From positions 41,227 through 105,226 of the forward strand of contig JAZGFI010000243.1 in NCBI GenBank assembly GCA_036479435.1: a stretch of DNA of 64,000 bases. Reading direction: 5' to 3'. The notes beneath the pieces were generated by a model that worked only from the letters and a program-made list of their open reading frames with translations, had not been told where the DNA came from and made no database searches. The position numbers and the translations under genes are program-made. The stretch comes from Planctomycetota bacterium. Its GTDB lineage: Bacteria > Planctomycetota > GCA-002687715 > DRQF01. This document shows positions 20,298 to 31,738 of this stretch, in pieces (positions within the stretch are counted from its first letter, which is position 1; each line of letters begins with the position of its first letter).

Positions 20298-21332
20298 TTA
20301 CTTGTCTTCGGACCAGCGCTCGTTGGCTTTGCGGTAATCATCGGGCAGACCGATGTCGCACCAGTACTCGTACATGGGGAAGGCCTCGACGCGATCGCCA
20401 CTGGCGATCAAGTCTTGGATGAGCATGGTCATGTCGAGGTATCGCTTGGCGGGGATGCGCCCGACGATCTCACCCTGCATGAGGTAGATGCCGGCGTTGG
20501 TCCACCAAGTCGCGAGCGGTTTTTCTTGGAGCGAAGCCACGCGGTCGCCAACGAGTTGAAGGACCCCGTAAGGCACTGCGTGGTGATAAGCGCGGGTAGC
20601 AACGGTGACGGCATTCGATGCACGATGATGGGCCAAAGCGAAAGCGGCAAGATCAAGTTCGGACATGACGTCGCCGTTCATGACCAACAAAGGCTCATCT
20701 TCAGCTCGCTCCAACATGCCCATCGCCCCGGCCGTTCCGAGCGGTTTTTCTTCGCGGAGATATTGGATCTTGAGTCCGAACTCGGCGCCGTCCGCGAAAT
20801 AAGACTCGATTTGTTCCGCCCGGTATCCGAGCGCCATGCTGACTTCCTGGACGCCGTATTTCGCAAGCTGCCGGACGATGTGTTCGAGGATCGGTCGACC
20901 CCCGATGGGCAATAAGGGTTTCGGCGTTTGCTCGGTAAGCGGACGCAATCGCTGCCCCTCTCCCCCGACCATGAGTATCGCGCGCCTCACCTGTGATACC
21001 GCAGAAAACAGCCCCTTTCGGTCTTGGCAGGCAACGAGTCGCCCCTCCTCAACTTGGACCAAATAGTCCTCGCCGCTGCTGTCGAGAGCTTTGCGAGCCT
21101 CATCAGGAGCGAGCTCGCAGGCAGCAACCTGCGCCGGCTGTACCATGACATCTCGCAGCGAGGCTCCCATCGGCAAGCCTGCGCGCATCGCGCGACGAAG
21201 CTCAGCGTCACCAATTAAGCCTTGGAACTGGCCAGAGTCGTCGGCCACCGCGAGCAAGGGATTTCCCTGATCAAAGACCCTCTTGGCGTCAGCGAGGGTG
21301 CCAGCTTGGTTGATCTGAGTGATGGGGCTCAT
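20298..21332 (-). CDS. CBS-domain sugar-phosphate nucleotidyltransferase
   Basis: N-terminal CBS pair (GLIGDAELRRA), GGEGQRLRPLTEQTPKPLL, PLGTAGA, VMNGD, WCDIG. Confidence 0.9.
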   Translation of the reverse strand: MSPITQINQAGTLADAKRVFDQGNPLLAVADDSGQFQGLIGDAELRRAMRAGLPMGASLRDVMVQPAQVAACELAPDEARKALDSSGEDYLVQVEEGRLVACQDRKGLFSAVSQVRRAILMVGGEGQRLRPLTEQTPKPLLPIGGRPILEHIVRQLAKYGVQEVSMALGYRAEQIESYFADGAEFGLKIQYLREEKPLGTAGAMGMLERAEDEPLLVMNGDVMSELDLAAFALAHHRASNAVTVATRAYHHAVPYGVLQLVGDRVASLQEKPLATWWTNAGIYLMQGEIVGRIPAKRYLDMTMLIQDLIASGDRVEAFPMYEYWCDIGLPDDYRKANERWSEDK

Positions 21333-21397
21333 AGTTTCTCTATCGGTTGCCAGGGGCACATCATAGAATCCACAAGAGTTTGGCCCAGGAATCTGCC

Positions 21398-22495
21398 ATG
21401 AAAACCCGTTTTCGATGTATCATTTTTTTGCTGACCGTCTCTGTGGGCCCGCTTTGGGCCCAAGGAGGCGACGAAAAGCCCGTTTCGGGCAAGAAGTTGG
21501 ACCCCAGGGTCCTGAATAACGCTAGCACGCCCTTAGAGGCGAGGTTTCCGGACGGCCTCGGCCCCTTGCGCCGAGAGAACGTGGAACTCGTCCGCGACGG
21601 CATTGCCGCCCTCAACTTTCAGCGTTTCGTTGCCGATCGACCTGGAGAAATGAGCGCTGAAATTTCGCTCATCCCCATTGGCAAGCGCAAGGACTTCCGT
21701 ACCAATCCCCGCCGCCGCTTGAGAGCTATGGCGGACCTGATGGGACAAGACAAGAAGTCTCGCAACCGCAGCGAAGCCTGGTTTTGGCACCGCGGATTCC
21801 CCGCACTGCGAATTCGATTCCAGGTCGCGACGGTTTCCCCGAAAAAGAGTGATTCGAAGCCCGATTCCGTGAGCCACCACCGAGTGGACTTGATTCACTA
21901 CCCTCAAGGCGTTGCCTTTCTCCAGGTCATCACGAGTATCGCTGACGGCCAAGACCGCGGGGATGTCGCGTCGTTTTTCGCAAAACACCGACACCGGAGC
22001 GCCAAAGCACCCGCGGATTTCGTCTTTGAGTCTCCGGGGGCCAGATTGAATTATTGCGCGGAAACGACTTTTGACGCACTGGATGGAATCCTTCGACTGG
22101 GCGGCAAGCAAGGTCGCTGGGGGCTTGCGGTCACCGAGTTTGAGACGCGATCGACTCTGAGCCCACTTGAGGAACTGGCCACCATCCTCGCCGAGGCCAT
22201 TGCAAGCCGAGGAGCCCTCAAAGTCATCAAAGGCCCAGAATGTGTGGATCCTGGCCCCAAAGGCGTCACTCGGCACCGCCTTGACTACTTAGAACCTCAA
22301 GCCGGCGGCCCCCCAATCCACCGGGTCTTCATCTATCTTCAGTGCAACAAAACCCGCACTTTGCTGTCGGCGTTCTCGCCGACGATGATAGTTGAGAGAA
22401 CTGGGCGGCGACCTTACTACCGACTGGCGCCGGGTTTGGTCGTACCTCTTGGTACCTTTGAGCGCTTAAATGCGACGCCAAAAGAGGATGGCTGA
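21398..22495 (+). CDS. hypothetical secreted protein
   Basis: Long ORF with signal-peptide-like start (IIFLLTVSVGPLWAQ); no family recognised. Confidence 0.65.
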   Translation: MKTRFRCIIFLLTVSVGPLWAQGGDEKPVSGKKLDPRVLNNASTPLEARFPDGLGPLRRENVELVRDGIAALNFQRFVADRPGEMSAEISLIPIGKRKDFRTNPRRRLRAMADLMGQDKKSRNRSEAWFWHRGFPALRIRFQVATVSPKKSDSKPDSVSHHRVDLIHYPQGVAFLQVITSIADGQDRGDVASFFAKHRHRSAKAPADFVFESPGARLNYCAETTFDALDGILRLGGKQGRWGLAVTEFETRSTLSPLEELATILAEAIASRGALKVIKGPECVDPGPKGVTRHRLDYLEPQAGGPPIHRVFIYLQCNKTRTLLSAFSPTMIVERTGRRPYYRLAPGLVVPLGTFERLNATPKEDG

Positions 22496-22576
22496 TTTTT
22501 TGATCGAGAGTCTTCTTTTGATCGAATCGACAACGGCGCTCTATGATTCAATGGTAGCCGTCCAAAGGACCACAGA

Positions 22577-23953
22577 ATGCTTAGTGTCAACGTAGAATCC
22601 GAGTTCGATACGGAACTCCTCGAGGAGGCCATTGAACTCCTCGTTCGTGCCGTCGCAGGCTCGCCAGACAATCTTAGGTATCACCGCGTACTCGGTGAGG
22701 CCTACATGGCCCAACGCAAATGGCAGCTCGCGCTCGATCAAATGTTGGTGGTCCACGACCGCGAACGAGACAAACGATCCGCCTATCTCATCGCCCACGC
22801 CTATTACCGTCTCGATAGCCGAGAATCGGCCGCCAAGTATCTTGAAATCGCCGGCGCCGACGACAGTCTGGGATTCACCAAACTCCACTTGTTGCGGGGG
22901 CGAATCCTCCATGACGATGGTCGTTTTGGCGATGCCGTCAACGAGTTCGGCAAGTCGCTGATCATGAAGCCCGATGCCCCCGAGCCGCGATGGCTCATGG
23001 CGCGGTCTTTGGTCAATCACGCCCAAGAAATTGACGACAGCGTCAGCCTTTACCGCCGTGCCCTCAAATTGCTGACGAGCATCGAGCCGCGCAAAGAAAA
23101 CGAAGACGAGTGGAATGCCCTGATTGGCCGCGTTTACCTCGCGCTGCTGTACCCCGTCGAAGCGCTGCGTCATTTGGAAAATTCCCGGTTCGGCTCCGAG
23201 CACGAAAAACTGCTGCTGATGGGAGTTGCCTACTTGTTGAAGGGAAATCTTCGCGACTCGCGCAAATGGCTCGCGATGTCCGTACGCGATCCTCGTATGC
23301 GCGCCCGTTGTGAGGCCTACCTCACCGAGATCGCCTGCGCACCAGAAGGCACATTGAGCGCCATGGACCCAGCCCACAGCCCGGGAGTAGCGGCGCGTTT
23401 TCCCGACGTAGATTTATTGGTGGGCGTGTTCGGGCCAGGCTCAGAAGAGATCGACCGCATTCTCGAGGCCGCGCGAAGCGGTCGCAGCGAAGAGATGATC
23501 CGCACCCAGATCGAGCAAGCCGGTGCCGTCGAAACGGGACGCTTGTTTGCGGCCTTCGACGCGCTAGATGACGACACCCGTCCCGACGATCCGGCCGTTG
23601 CCGCGAGGCCAGCCTTGGGTCCCGACGAAGAGGCGACCATTTTGTCCGACGCGGAAGGCCAAACGATCGCGGCTCGCCGCGATCCGAAGGCAGCCGATCG
23701 ACTCTTCCCGCAGACTTGGGTCGACGTCGGCGACATCCTCGAACACGGGCCAGAATTGGCGCCACGCAACACACCTGCAGATTCCGGGGCAAAAGCTCTT
23801 GCAGCCGGATCCATCTCAAGAACAGCACCCATGGCCTTGCAAGATCCACCTGAGCCCGAAACAAAAGCCACTGACAACTCGGAAGCCGGCTTCCCAGAAC
23901 TCGACAATGACGATTTCCTCTTTGACGAGGATGATTCGGGAGAAAACAAATGA
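22577..23953 (+). CDS. tetratricopeptide repeat protein with acidic disordered C-terminus
   Basis: TPR-like units (YHRVLGEAYMAQRKWQLALDQ; LHLLRGRILHDDGRFGDAVNEFGKSLIMKPD). Confidence 0.75.
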   Translation: MLSVNVESEFDTELLEEAIELLVRAVAGSPDNLRYHRVLGEAYMAQRKWQLALDQMLVVHDRERDKRSAYLIAHAYYRLDSRESAAKYLEIAGADDSLGFTKLHLLRGRILHDDGRFGDAVNEFGKSLIMKPDAPEPRWLMARSLVNHAQEIDDSVSLYRRALKLLTSIEPRKENEDEWNALIGRVYLALLYPVEALRHLENSRFGSEHEKLLLMGVAYLLKGNLRDSRKWLAMSVRDPRMRARCEAYLTEIACAPEGTLSAMDPAHSPGVAARFPDVDLLVGVFGPGSEEIDRILEAARSGRSEEMIRTQIEQAGAVETGRLFAAFDALDDDTRPDDPAVAARPALGPDEEATILSDAEGQTIAARRDPKAADRLFPQTWVDVGDILEHGPELAPRNTPADSGAKALAAGSISRTAPMALQDPPEPETKATDNSEAGFPELDNDDFLFDEDDSGENK

Positions 23954-24702
23954 GCGCTGCCGCCTTTGATCGCGTCGCGGCGTTGGCCATCGAAGATTGC
24001 CGTCGCTTGATCACCCAGGGTCGCTTCAAAGAGGCCCGCAACATCCTCACTGAAGTCCTCAACCAAGTCGGCGGCCAAAGAAAGTCGCTGACTCCACGGC
24101 GTAGCGCCGAGCTTTGGTACCACTACGGTGAGGTGCAAGATGCCCTCGGCGACGCGCCCAAGGCGCGAGATGCCTGGCAAAAAGCCATGAAGGCGGACAT
24201 CAGCTACAAGCGCGCCCTGTTGCGCATGGTGGAGAGCCGGATTTACTCAGACTTGCCGGTGCGTGCCGAAGATCTCGACGCGATGGTCGACTACGGCTCC
24301 CTTGGCCGGGACAAGAAAACCAAACGCCGCGTCCACGAGCTTCTGAGAGAGCGCCTCCGAATTCGGCTGACGGACGACCCTAAGGGCCTCAACGACCGCG
24401 TTGAGCTGCTCGAAAGGATTCACCGCGAGAGCCCCGCCATCAACTATCCCAAGCAGTATTTGGGGCGCGCCGCCTACATGCGCAAAGATTATCGCGGTGC
24501 CATCGAGTTTTTGGCTTCGGTCGTCGACCGTGCGGCCGAATCCTCCAGCATTCTCAACATCATCGGACGCTGCCATGAAAAGCTCGGCGAGCTAAGTCGA
24601 GCCGCTTCGGCCTACGAAAAATCATTGGGCCAGCGAGAAGAGCAGCCGGGGATCTTATTCCGTCTCGGCCGCCTCAAACTTCGCCTCGCGCAGCTGACTT
24701 AG
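23950..24702 (+). CDS. tetratricopeptide repeat protein
   Basis: LWYHYGEVQDALGDAPKARDAWQKA; ILNIIGRCHEKLGELSRAASAYEKSL; ATGA overlap with the upstream gene. Confidence 0.8.
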   Translation: MSAAAFDRVAALAIEDCRRLITQGRFKEARNILTEVLNQVGGQRKSLTPRRSAELWYHYGEVQDALGDAPKARDAWQKAMKADISYKRALLRMVESRIYSDLPVRAEDLDAMVDYGSLGRDKKTKRRVHELLRERLRIRLTDDPKGLNDRVELLERIHRESPAINYPKQYLGRAAYMRKDYRGAIEFLASVVDRAAESSSILNIIGRCHEKLGELSRAASAYEKSLGQREEQPGILFRLGRLKLRLAQLT

Positions 24703-24777
24703 TCTTTAAGTTCGCGAAGCGGGAATCAGCGGGCAACCCGACTTTCCATGGTAGGGGCCAGGGGCTATAGTCCCGGC

Positions 24778-26082
24778 ATGCCAAAGGGGAGACCGACCAG
24801 TGATGGGCCCAGCGAAGAAGAGCTGCGGCGACAAATAACCGAGCACCAGCTCCGGTACTGGGAGCTCTTCGAGTGGGGACGCCAAAAAGTCACCAAGGCG
24901 CTCATGTGGGGCGCGGTCTTTTTGATCTTCTACCTCTTCAGAGCTTTCTTCCCGCTGCTCTTTTTGACCTTCGTGTTCTCCTTCATCACCCAAAGCCTCT
25001 GCAAGCTTTTGGGTCGCTACTTTCCGCAGATCCCCTGGAAGGCACGTGTCATCGCGGTCTTCATGCTGTTCTTCGTCCTGATGACCATCATGATCGCGTT
25101 GCTAGTACCTCGCGTCACGGCGGGCTATTACGAAGTGAAGGACACCATCCGCGAATTCCCCACGATCTGGAAAGACAAAGTCGATCCCTGGCTATACGAG
25201 AAGTTTCCGCCCTACAAACAACTGGTGACCGAAAGTAAAGTCGTCACCTTGGACGTCGAGATGACCGATGTCACCGGCGAAGTGCTGCTTGATGAAAAGC
25301 GTCAGCCCCGAACCGAAAAACGATCGGTTACCCAGCGCGAGCGCAACCACCTTTTTCAGGTACGAAAAGTCCGGGAGTTATTGGCGGACCTCGAAGGCGG
25401 TGCCACGGTCAAGAAATTACCCGGCTGGATTACCGACGTGGTGTCGAGCCTCATGGCAGTATTGACCTTGTTGTTTTTGGCGACGCTTTTCAGTTTTTTG
25501 ATCGTGTTCGATCTCGACAACCTCCGCCGGGAACTTCGCAAGCTCGAATCGACACGGCTTGACAACGTCTACGCCGAAGTCGGACGAGATCTCGTCAAGT
25601 TTGGCTCCGTGCTCGGCAAAGTCTTGGAAGCACAGGCCGTCATCGCGATGGTCAATTCCCTGCTCACCGCGCTTGGTCTTTGGATCCTCGGCGTTCCCAA
25701 TGTGGGGATCTTGAGCTTGATCGTTTTTGTCTGCGGCTTTATCCCCGTGGCCGGTGTCTTTATCTCCTCGGGGCCGATTTGTTTGGTCGGTTTGTATTCC
25801 CACGGCTTGCCGATGCTGGGCATCTTGGTCGCTTTCATCACCGCCATTCACTTTCTTGAGGCCTACGTCCTGAACCCTCGGATCATGGGCGCGGCCCTTC
25901 GAATCAATCCCGTTCTCGTCCTCATCATCTTGGTTATCGGCCACCACGCGCTCGGCGTGTGGGGTCTCTTGCTCGGCCTGCCCATCTGCTACTACTTCTT
26001 CACGCATGTGATCAAACGAGAAGAACGAGAGATCGGATTGCGGGTGAAATTCAATCGAAGCCCCGCCACCGGTTCCCGGTGA
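24778..26082 (+). CDS. AI-2E family transporter
   Basis: Multi-TM; GFIPVAGVFIS, HFLEAYVLNPRIMG, LGVWGLLLGLP. Confidence 0.9.
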   Translation: MPKGRPTSDGPSEEELRRQITEHQLRYWELFEWGRQKVTKALMWGAVFLIFYLFRAFFPLLFLTFVFSFITQSLCKLLGRYFPQIPWKARVIAVFMLFFVLMTIMIALLVPRVTAGYYEVKDTIREFPTIWKDKVDPWLYEKFPPYKQLVTESKVVTLDVEMTDVTGEVLLDEKRQPRTEKRSVTQRERNHLFQVRKVRELLADLEGGATVKKLPGWITDVVSSLMAVLTLLFLATLFSFLIVFDLDNLRRELRKLESTRLDNVYAEVGRDLVKFGSVLGKVLEAQAVIAMVNSLLTALGLWILGVPNVGILSLIVFVCGFIPVAGVFISSGPICLVGLYSHGLPMLGILVAFITAIHFLEAYVLNPRIMGAALRINPVLVLIILVIGHHALGVWGLLLGLPICYYFFTHVIKREEREIGLRVKFNRSPATGSR

Positions 26083-28076
26083 TGGGCACAGACCACGCCG
26101 TCGACTCTTCGAGCGAAGCCACGCTCTTGCGATTGGGCACCGAGGACGACGACCGATTAGAGGCTCTTCGCTCAAAACTTGAAGCTTCGGGCGCCGAGCT
26201 CGCGAAGCGAATCGCCAAGAAAGTGGCCTCTAGCCGGCGGTTCATGACGGCGCGCGTCTTGAGTTTTTCGATTGCGGTCTTGTTCTTCTTCGTCACCGCT
26301 TCGACGGGCAAAGAGTTTTGGGCCTATGCCGTCATGTTGCCCGCCTTATTGATGTTCATCGGGCTCGTCGTGCGCCACGGCCCGGTCAAAAAAGACCTGG
26401 CGCGCTTGCGCCGCCTCGCCCGGCTCGTTGCCGACAAAACCGCACGACTCGACTCAGAAGACCGTGGGGCACCGGCCGAAGACAAGCTGGAATCCGTGGC
26501 CAAGGGAATCTTGAGTCCCACCGCGCCAACTTGCCCATCCTGGGAGCTTCCCGCTCACGTCTTAGAGGACCTGGGTATCTTCGAAGGTCGCACGCGACTA
26601 TTTGCCCTCGTCGACACCGCCCCAAGTCGTTTGGGGCGCTTGGTCCTGGCCGATTGGCTGCGTCATCCCTCACTCGATGCCAACGAAATCCGGCAGCGGC
26701 AATTAGCCGTCGAGATCCTCGGCCAAGACGAGCTGCTTCGGGAAAAGCTCGAGCAAGACTTAGCCGAGATCAGAGGCCTCCCAAGTGCCGCGCAACTGGA
26801 GTTTTTGAGTCAGCATCCTTTGGATCCCGGGGGCAATCCCGGTCCGATCAAAGTAGGCATCGCGTCGTTCTTGGCTGTCGGCGGCTTCGTGGCCGGACAG
26901 CTATTGTCATTTTGGCCGCTCACACTCCTGGGCCTTGTTGCGGTCATCATCGGTCATCGCCTGTTTCGCGAAGGACTCCAAAAAACCGCCGAGATCAGAG
27001 AGGGTCTAACGGAGCTTTCCGGCGTTTGGCAGGTGGTGTTGACCGCGAGATCTCGCTTGGGTGAGTACCTTCAGCAACAGCCCGAAGCCACATCTTTGAA
27101 GTCGATCCAACAGCGCCTCGATGACTTCTGTCATCCCGCCGGTTCTTCTTTGGAATCACTGCCAAAACAGCTCAAGAGACTGCGCTGGCTCGGCCTGTAT
27201 CGAGCTGGCCTCGTCTACGTCTTCTTCAACTTCCTCACGTTCTACGATCTGTTCTTCCTTTTTCCCTTGGCGGCGTTTTTCCGAGAGCATCGCGCGCGCG
27301 CTCAAGCGGCGATTCGCGCGCTCGGCGAACTTGAAGCCTTGATTTCAATGGCCAATCTTCGGCAAGAACAGCGTGGATACCGAGAACCCGTGATTCTTGA
27401 GCGCGAAACACCGAAGTTGGAAATCGATGATGGCTTGCATCCCTACCTGTCTTCAGGTGCCGCCGTCGGCAACAGTGTATCGCTCCACTCAAAGGGACCG
27501 TTGCTCATCATCACCGGCTCTAACATGGCCGGAAAATCGACTTTTTTGAAAATGGTCGGCCTCAACTCTATCCTCGCTCAGATCGGAGCCTCGACGCGCG
27601 CGACTTCAGCTCACATGACGCCACTTTCACTCTCTAGTGACATCAACGTTCGCGATTCACTCGACGACGGCCAGAGCTACTTCGCGGTCGAGGTGGACCG
27701 CATTCGAGAGATGATCGAGCAAGTAGCCGACGAGCCATTCTCGCTGCTGCTCTTGGACGAGATGTTTCGGGGCACAAACACCCACGAGAAGGTCGCCGCG
27801 GGCATCGAAGTAACCCGACACTTAGCGGCGACGGGTGCTCTGTCGCTCGTCGCGACGCACGATCACGAATTCACCGAACTCGAACTTGCCGAGCCCGCCT
27901 TGGGCATCCGCAATTTTCATTTCAACGAAGACTTGGAAGACGGAGGCATGGTGTTCCACTATCACTTGAACCGCGGCCCCGCCGTAAGCCGCAATGCCAT
28001 CCGCGTTCTGGAAGCCAAGGGCTTCCCCCGCGACCTCGTTCAACGCGCCCTGGAAAGGTCTCTTCGCCATGACTGA
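26082..28076 (+). CDS. MutS-related membrane-anchored ATPase (MutS domain V)
   Basis: [48 protein letters not shown]-terminal TM segments and no mismatch-binding domain. Confidence 0.9.
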   Translation: MGTDHAVDSSSEATLLRLGTEDDDRLEALRSKLEASGAELAKRIAKKVASSRRFMTARVLSFSIAVLFFFVTASTGKEFWAYAVMLPALLMFIGLVVRHGPVKKDLARLRRLARLVADKTARLDSEDRGAPAEDKLESVAKGILSPTAPTCPSWELPAHVLEDLGIFEGRTRLFALVDTAPSRLGRLVLADWLRHPSLDANEIRQRQLAVEILGQDELLREKLEQDLAEIRGLPSAAQLEFLSQHPLDPGGNPGPIKVGIASFLAVGGFVAGQLLSFWPLTLLGLVAVIIGHRLFREGLQKTAEIREGLTELSGVWQVVLTARSRLGEYLQQQPEATSLKSIQQRLDDFCHPAGSSLESLPKQLKRLRWLGLYRAGLVYVFFNFLTFYDLFFLFPLAAFFREHRARAQAAIRALGELEALISMANLRQEQRGYREPVILERETPKLEIDDGLHPYLSSGAAVGNSVSLHSKGPLLIITGSNMAGKSTFLKMVGLNSILAQIGASTRATSAHMTPLSLSSDINVRDSLDDGQSYFAVEVDRIREMIEQVADEPFSLLLLDEMFRGTNTHEKVAAGIEVTRHLAATGALSLVATHDHEFTELELAEPALGIRNFHFNEDLEDGGMVFHYHLNRGPAVSRNAIRVLEAKGFPRDLVQRALERSLRHD

Positions 28077-29055
28077 CGATTCTCGATGTGTCATCAACAA
28101 TGTTGAGTTGAAATTGGCGCCTCCGGTGACCATGCGGCAGAACTGGATCGGCCAGGAAACCGTCTTGGAGCAACTTCTCGCCTGTTGGCTCGTCATTGAC
28201 GATTCTGATCGCCCGCTTTCGCCCCGCATCATCGGCCTCCCGGGCATGGGCAAGACGACCCTCGGGATGGCCGCAGTTGAGCGCCGCGATCAAGAGCTTT
28301 ACATCTTCCAATGCACCGCCGATACGCGCCCCGAAGACTTGCTGATCACCCCCGTCCTCTCGGAGAAGGGAAAGATCAGCTACCACGCCTCGGCTCTCGT
28401 CACCGCCATGATTCGCGGTGGCGCCTGCATCTTGGACGAAGGCAACCGCATGAACGAAAAGAGCTGGGCCTCCTTAGCGCCCTTGCTCGATCATCGCCGC
28501 TACGTCGAGTCGATCATTGCCGGCATCACCATCTCAGCGCACGAGGACTTCCGCTGCTGCGTGACGATGAACCAAGATGAATCGACCTTCGAGATACCCG
28601 ACTATATCCTGTCGCGCTTGCAGCCCACCTTGGCCATTGACTATCCCAAGCGCAAAGACGAACTCGATATCCTCAGCTACCACTTGCCCTTCGCCGAAGC
28701 CGAGATGCTCGAGCTCACGGTGGACTTTTTGCAGCAGGCCCACGAACTCAGGCTCGACTTTTCGCCCCGTGATGGCATCAACATGCTGCGCTACGCCCTG
28801 AAGCGACTCGCTCAGAATCCCGAGCACCCGCTTTCGCGCGACGAAGCTTGGCGAGAGTCTTTGGTTGCGGTTTTGGGCGAAGACGCACTCGATCTCGACA
28901 ACTTGGCCGAAAGCCGTAACCAGGTCCTCGGCACCAGTGCCCTGCCGGCGGGAATCGCAGACTTCTTCTTCGGAGGCGGAGACCCCCTCCACCCCGATCT
29001 CGATGACCTCGACGACGACGACGACGACGATGAAGACGACGAGATGATCCTGTGA
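28069..29055 (+). CDS. MoxR-like AAA+ ATPase (AAA_5)
   Basis: Walker [10 protein letters not shown], Walker [19 protein letters not shown]; poly-Asp C-terminal tail. Confidence 0.9.
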   Translation: MTDDSRCVINNVELKLAPPVTMRQNWIGQETVLEQLLACWLVIDDSDRPLSPRIIGLPGMGKTTLGMAAVERRDQELYIFQCTADTRPEDLLITPVLSEKGKISYHASALVTAMIRGGACILDEGNRMNEKSWASLAPLLDHRRYVESIIAGITISAHEDFRCCVTMNQDESTFEIPDYILSRLQPTLAIDYPKRKDELDILSYHLPFAEAEMLELTVDFLQQAHELRLDFSPRDGINMLRYALKRLAQNPEHPLSRDEAWRESLVAVLGEDALDLDNLAESRNQVLGTSALPAGIADFFFGGGDPLHPDLDDLDDDDDDDEDDEMIL

Positions 29056-30938
29056 GTTCCGCTCGTGATCCGCATCATGATCGTCCTAACGACAAGGGCG
29101 ATGCCGCGAAGAGATTCTTCGCCCTGAGCGATCGGGTCACGTGCTTCCCCGTTCTCCACGGTAGTGCCGACTATGCCTTGGCGGTGCGCGATGAGGTATT
29201 TGCCAATCGCTACGACTGCATCGCCGTGCCCCTGCCCGACAGTTTCCGCGAGGAAGTCATCGAGTCAGTCAAACAGCTCCCTGAGGTGCGTGCGGTCGTG
29301 CAGTCGTGCGACGACGATGACACGAACTTCTCCTACGTCCCGATCGATCCCGCCCAAGCCGTCATCCGTGCCATCAGGATGGCCCTTCAAGAGCGCATCG
29401 CGCTTCGCTTCATCGACCTGGAAGTGAGAGACTGGCGCGCGGAGATGAGCGTTCATCCCGACCCCTACGCATTGAAGTCTCTTTCTCCGATGAAGTTTGC
29501 CGCCGCCGTCCTTCCGGCCCTTGAAGCTCCAAAGGCCGAAAGCATGGCGGACAAGCGCGCGCGTCACATGGCTTTTGAGCTGCACAAACTTGAACTCGAC
29601 TTCGAGCGCATTCTGTTTTTGCCGTCAATGTTGGATTGGGTTTGGATCAAACGAGCTTTTGACGAGCGCGCGGCCTTTCCCACTGGCGACGTCAGCTACG
29701 CTCCCATCAACAGCTACCCCGTCGACAAGCAGACCCTGTCTTTTTTCTTGGGCGAGCTGCCCTACATCACGCATCTCTACGAGCGCTTTCGACACGGCCT
29801 GGATGTAGAACAGTCGCTCGGCATCGACGGGGTCAAAGAACTTCTCGTCGAAACCCGAGATCGGCTCTCCAAACGCAGCCGGTCCGCGATGTCTCGAGTC
29901 ACCTTAAAGACCATGCGGATCTATCTGCAATACGTTCGCAACCTCACTTTGCTGAGACGAAGATTGCGACCGGATCTCTTCACGCTTATCGAGGCTGCCA
30001 AGCAAGTCTTCGGCGACGACTACGCCATCGAACTCATCAAGACGGCTAAGGACTACCCCGAGCAGCCCGATTTCGACGAAGCTGTCTTGAGAATGGCGCC
30101 TGGAATCGCCGACATCCCCGAGGCGGGAATGCGGCCGGTCCACAGCCGTTTACCCGGTGACCTTTTGACTTGGCGAAACATCGACCTTCACCCCGAACCC
30201 GAGCCGCCAGATCAGGCCGAGTGGACGCAGGTTTGGAACCCCCAATCCCAGTGTTCGCATCCACCGGAAGACATCCGCATCGAGAGCTTCAACCGTCATG
30301 TGCGGGAACAAGCCAAACAGATCCTCACGAGTGAGTTCGCGCACGTCGAGAAGTTTCGATCGTCGGTCAAAGACGGTATCGACATCCGGGAGACTCTGCG
30401 GAATTGGCACACGGGCGACATCTATGTGCGTGAGCTCCCACCTTCGCGCTCGGACATCGACGTCACCGTATTCTTGTTTGACGTACCCGCCGAGACCGAG
30501 CGCTACCCCTGGCGGAGTACTTGGTTCGCTGAGCACCAAAACGAATCGACCTTGGTGTTTTTTGCCACCAACTTCATGAGCGACTTGGTGGGACCTGGCA
30601 TCGCAAAGGCGACCTATGGCGGGGCCTTCTTCATCTATCCGCCGCGCCCCATCGTCGATATCTGGCAAGACCCGGCTTTTAATGACGCAAAAACACTCGA
30701 AGAACGGCTGTTGACCGGTGCCTTCGCTCACGCCAAAGAGCGCCACGTCGCCGTCGTGAGTCCAGGCACCATCAAAGCGTCATGGAGAAAGCTCGCGCGG
30801 CGCTACGGCAAGTCCATCATCCACCTTCCCCTAAACCGATTCTCAACTTCGGTGATCGACCGCCTTCGCACCTTCCACGTCCTTAACGGCAAAGAAATCC
30901 GCAGTTACGCGGCGGACTACATCCGCCGCGTTGAGTGA
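29052..30938 (+). CDS. conserved hypothetical MoxR partner protein (628 aa)
   Basis: GTGA overlap with the AAA gene; N-terminal 'FPVLHGS...IAVPLP...FIDL' and internal '[12 protein letters not shown]...VTVFLFD'. Confidence 0.8.
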   Translation: MSSARDPHHDRPNDKGDAAKRFFALSDRVTCFPVLHGSADYALAVRDEVFANRYDCIAVPLPDSFREEVIESVKQLPEVRAVVQSCDDDDTNFSYVPIDPAQAVIRAIRMALQERIALRFIDLEVRDWRAEMSVHPDPYALKSLSPMKFAAAVLPALEAPKAESMADKRARHMAFELHKLELDFERILFLPSMLDWVWIKRAFDERAAFPTGDVSYAPINSYPVDKQTLSFFLGELPYITHLYERFRHGLDVEQSLGIDGVKELLVETRDRLSKRSRSAMSRVTLKTMRIYLQYVRNLTLLRRRLRPDLFTLIEAAKQVFGDDYAIELIKTAKDYPEQPDFDEAVLRMAPGIADIPEAGMRPVHSRLPGDLLTWRNIDLHPEPEPPDQAEWTQVWNPQSQCSHPPEDIRIESFNRHVREQAKQILTSEFAHVEKFRSSVKDGIDIRETLRNWHTGDIYVRELPPSRSDIDVTVFLFDVPAETERYPWRSTWFAEHQNESTLVFFATNFMSDLVGPGIAKATYGGAFFIYPPRPIVDIWQDPAFNDAKTLEERLLTGAFAHAKERHVAVVSPGTIKASWRKLARRYGKSIIHLPLNRFSTSVIDRLRTFHVLNGKEIRSYAADYIRRVE

Positions 30939-30988
30939 AGCAGAACTCGCCGCGCCGCGCCCAAAACGCGACACCTCGACATCGTTGC

Positions 30989-31738
30989 TTATCCGAGGTG
31001 CTCGGGAATGAAGTGATTGAGCATGCGGTTCCACCAGGGCCAGTCGTGCTTCACATCTTCGCCCCAAAGGTCGAGGTTGGCGGGGATACCTTTGGCTTCG
31101 AGTGCTGCCGCCATTTCTTTGGAGTAGTCAGGGTTTTCGTAGTCGCCCTGACCCGTCACCACCGTGATCTTTGCTTCGCGGATCTGCGCGAGGATATTTT
31201 CATCTTCTATGTTGGGCAGGTATTCAACGGGATTGTTGAAATAGATATTTTCATCGTGATAGCCGTCGCAACAGGAACGGATGTCGTAGCAGCCCGACAT
31301 CGAAATCGTTCCGCCGAAAACGTCGGGGTGCTTGAGCAGCGTATTCATCGCGTGAAAAGCGCCAAAACTCGCGCCGGTCGTCGTGATCTTTTTGTCGATA
31401 GGGCAGGCGTGATGAATGTAGGGCACAACCTCTTCGCGTACATAGCGATCGTATCCGACTTGCCTTCGCGCACGCTCAGCCGGATCGATCTCTTCGTTCA
31501 GCCAAGCCGTCTTGTTGACGCTGTCGATCGAGAAGATGCTGATCAATCCGTCCTTGACGAAATGAGCAATTGAGTCGATGAGCCGAAAGCGCTCGTACTC
31601 AAGATAGTCCGCCGCCGCCGTGGGGAAAAATAGGATTGGCGTACCACCTTCACCGTAGTGAACGATCGGCATGTCCATGTCGAGGTGAGAGCTGGACCAA
31701 GAATCCAACGTTCTTTTGAGGTCAGTCGCTTCCGTCAT
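30989..31738 (-). CDS. alpha/beta-hydrolase esterase family protein
   Basis: GASFGAFHA nucleophile elbow, HDWPWW, YGEGGTPILFFPT. Confidence 0.9.
   Translation of the reverse strand: MTEATDLKRTLDSWSSSHLDMDMPIVHYGEGGTPILFFPTAAADYLEYERFRLIDSIAHFVKDGLISIFSIDSVNKTAWLNEEIDPAERARRQVGYDRYVREEVVPYIHHACPIDKKITTTGASFGAFHAMNTLLKHPDVFGGTISMSGCYDIRSCCDGYHDENIYFNNPVEYLPNIEDENILAQIREAKITVVTGQGDYENPDYSKEMAAALEAKGIPANLDLWGEDVKHDWPWWNRMLNHFIPEHLG

Noticed and set aside
20298..21332. Start of a polysaccharide/nonulosonic acid cluster
   Set aside because: The CBS-nucleotidyltransferase stands alone here, with no neighbouring sugar-pathway genes.
26082..28076. Canonical mismatch-repair mutS
   Set aside because: It lacks the N-terminal mismatch-binding domain and has TM segments, so it belongs to the known MutS-domain-V-only family and no gene symbol was given.
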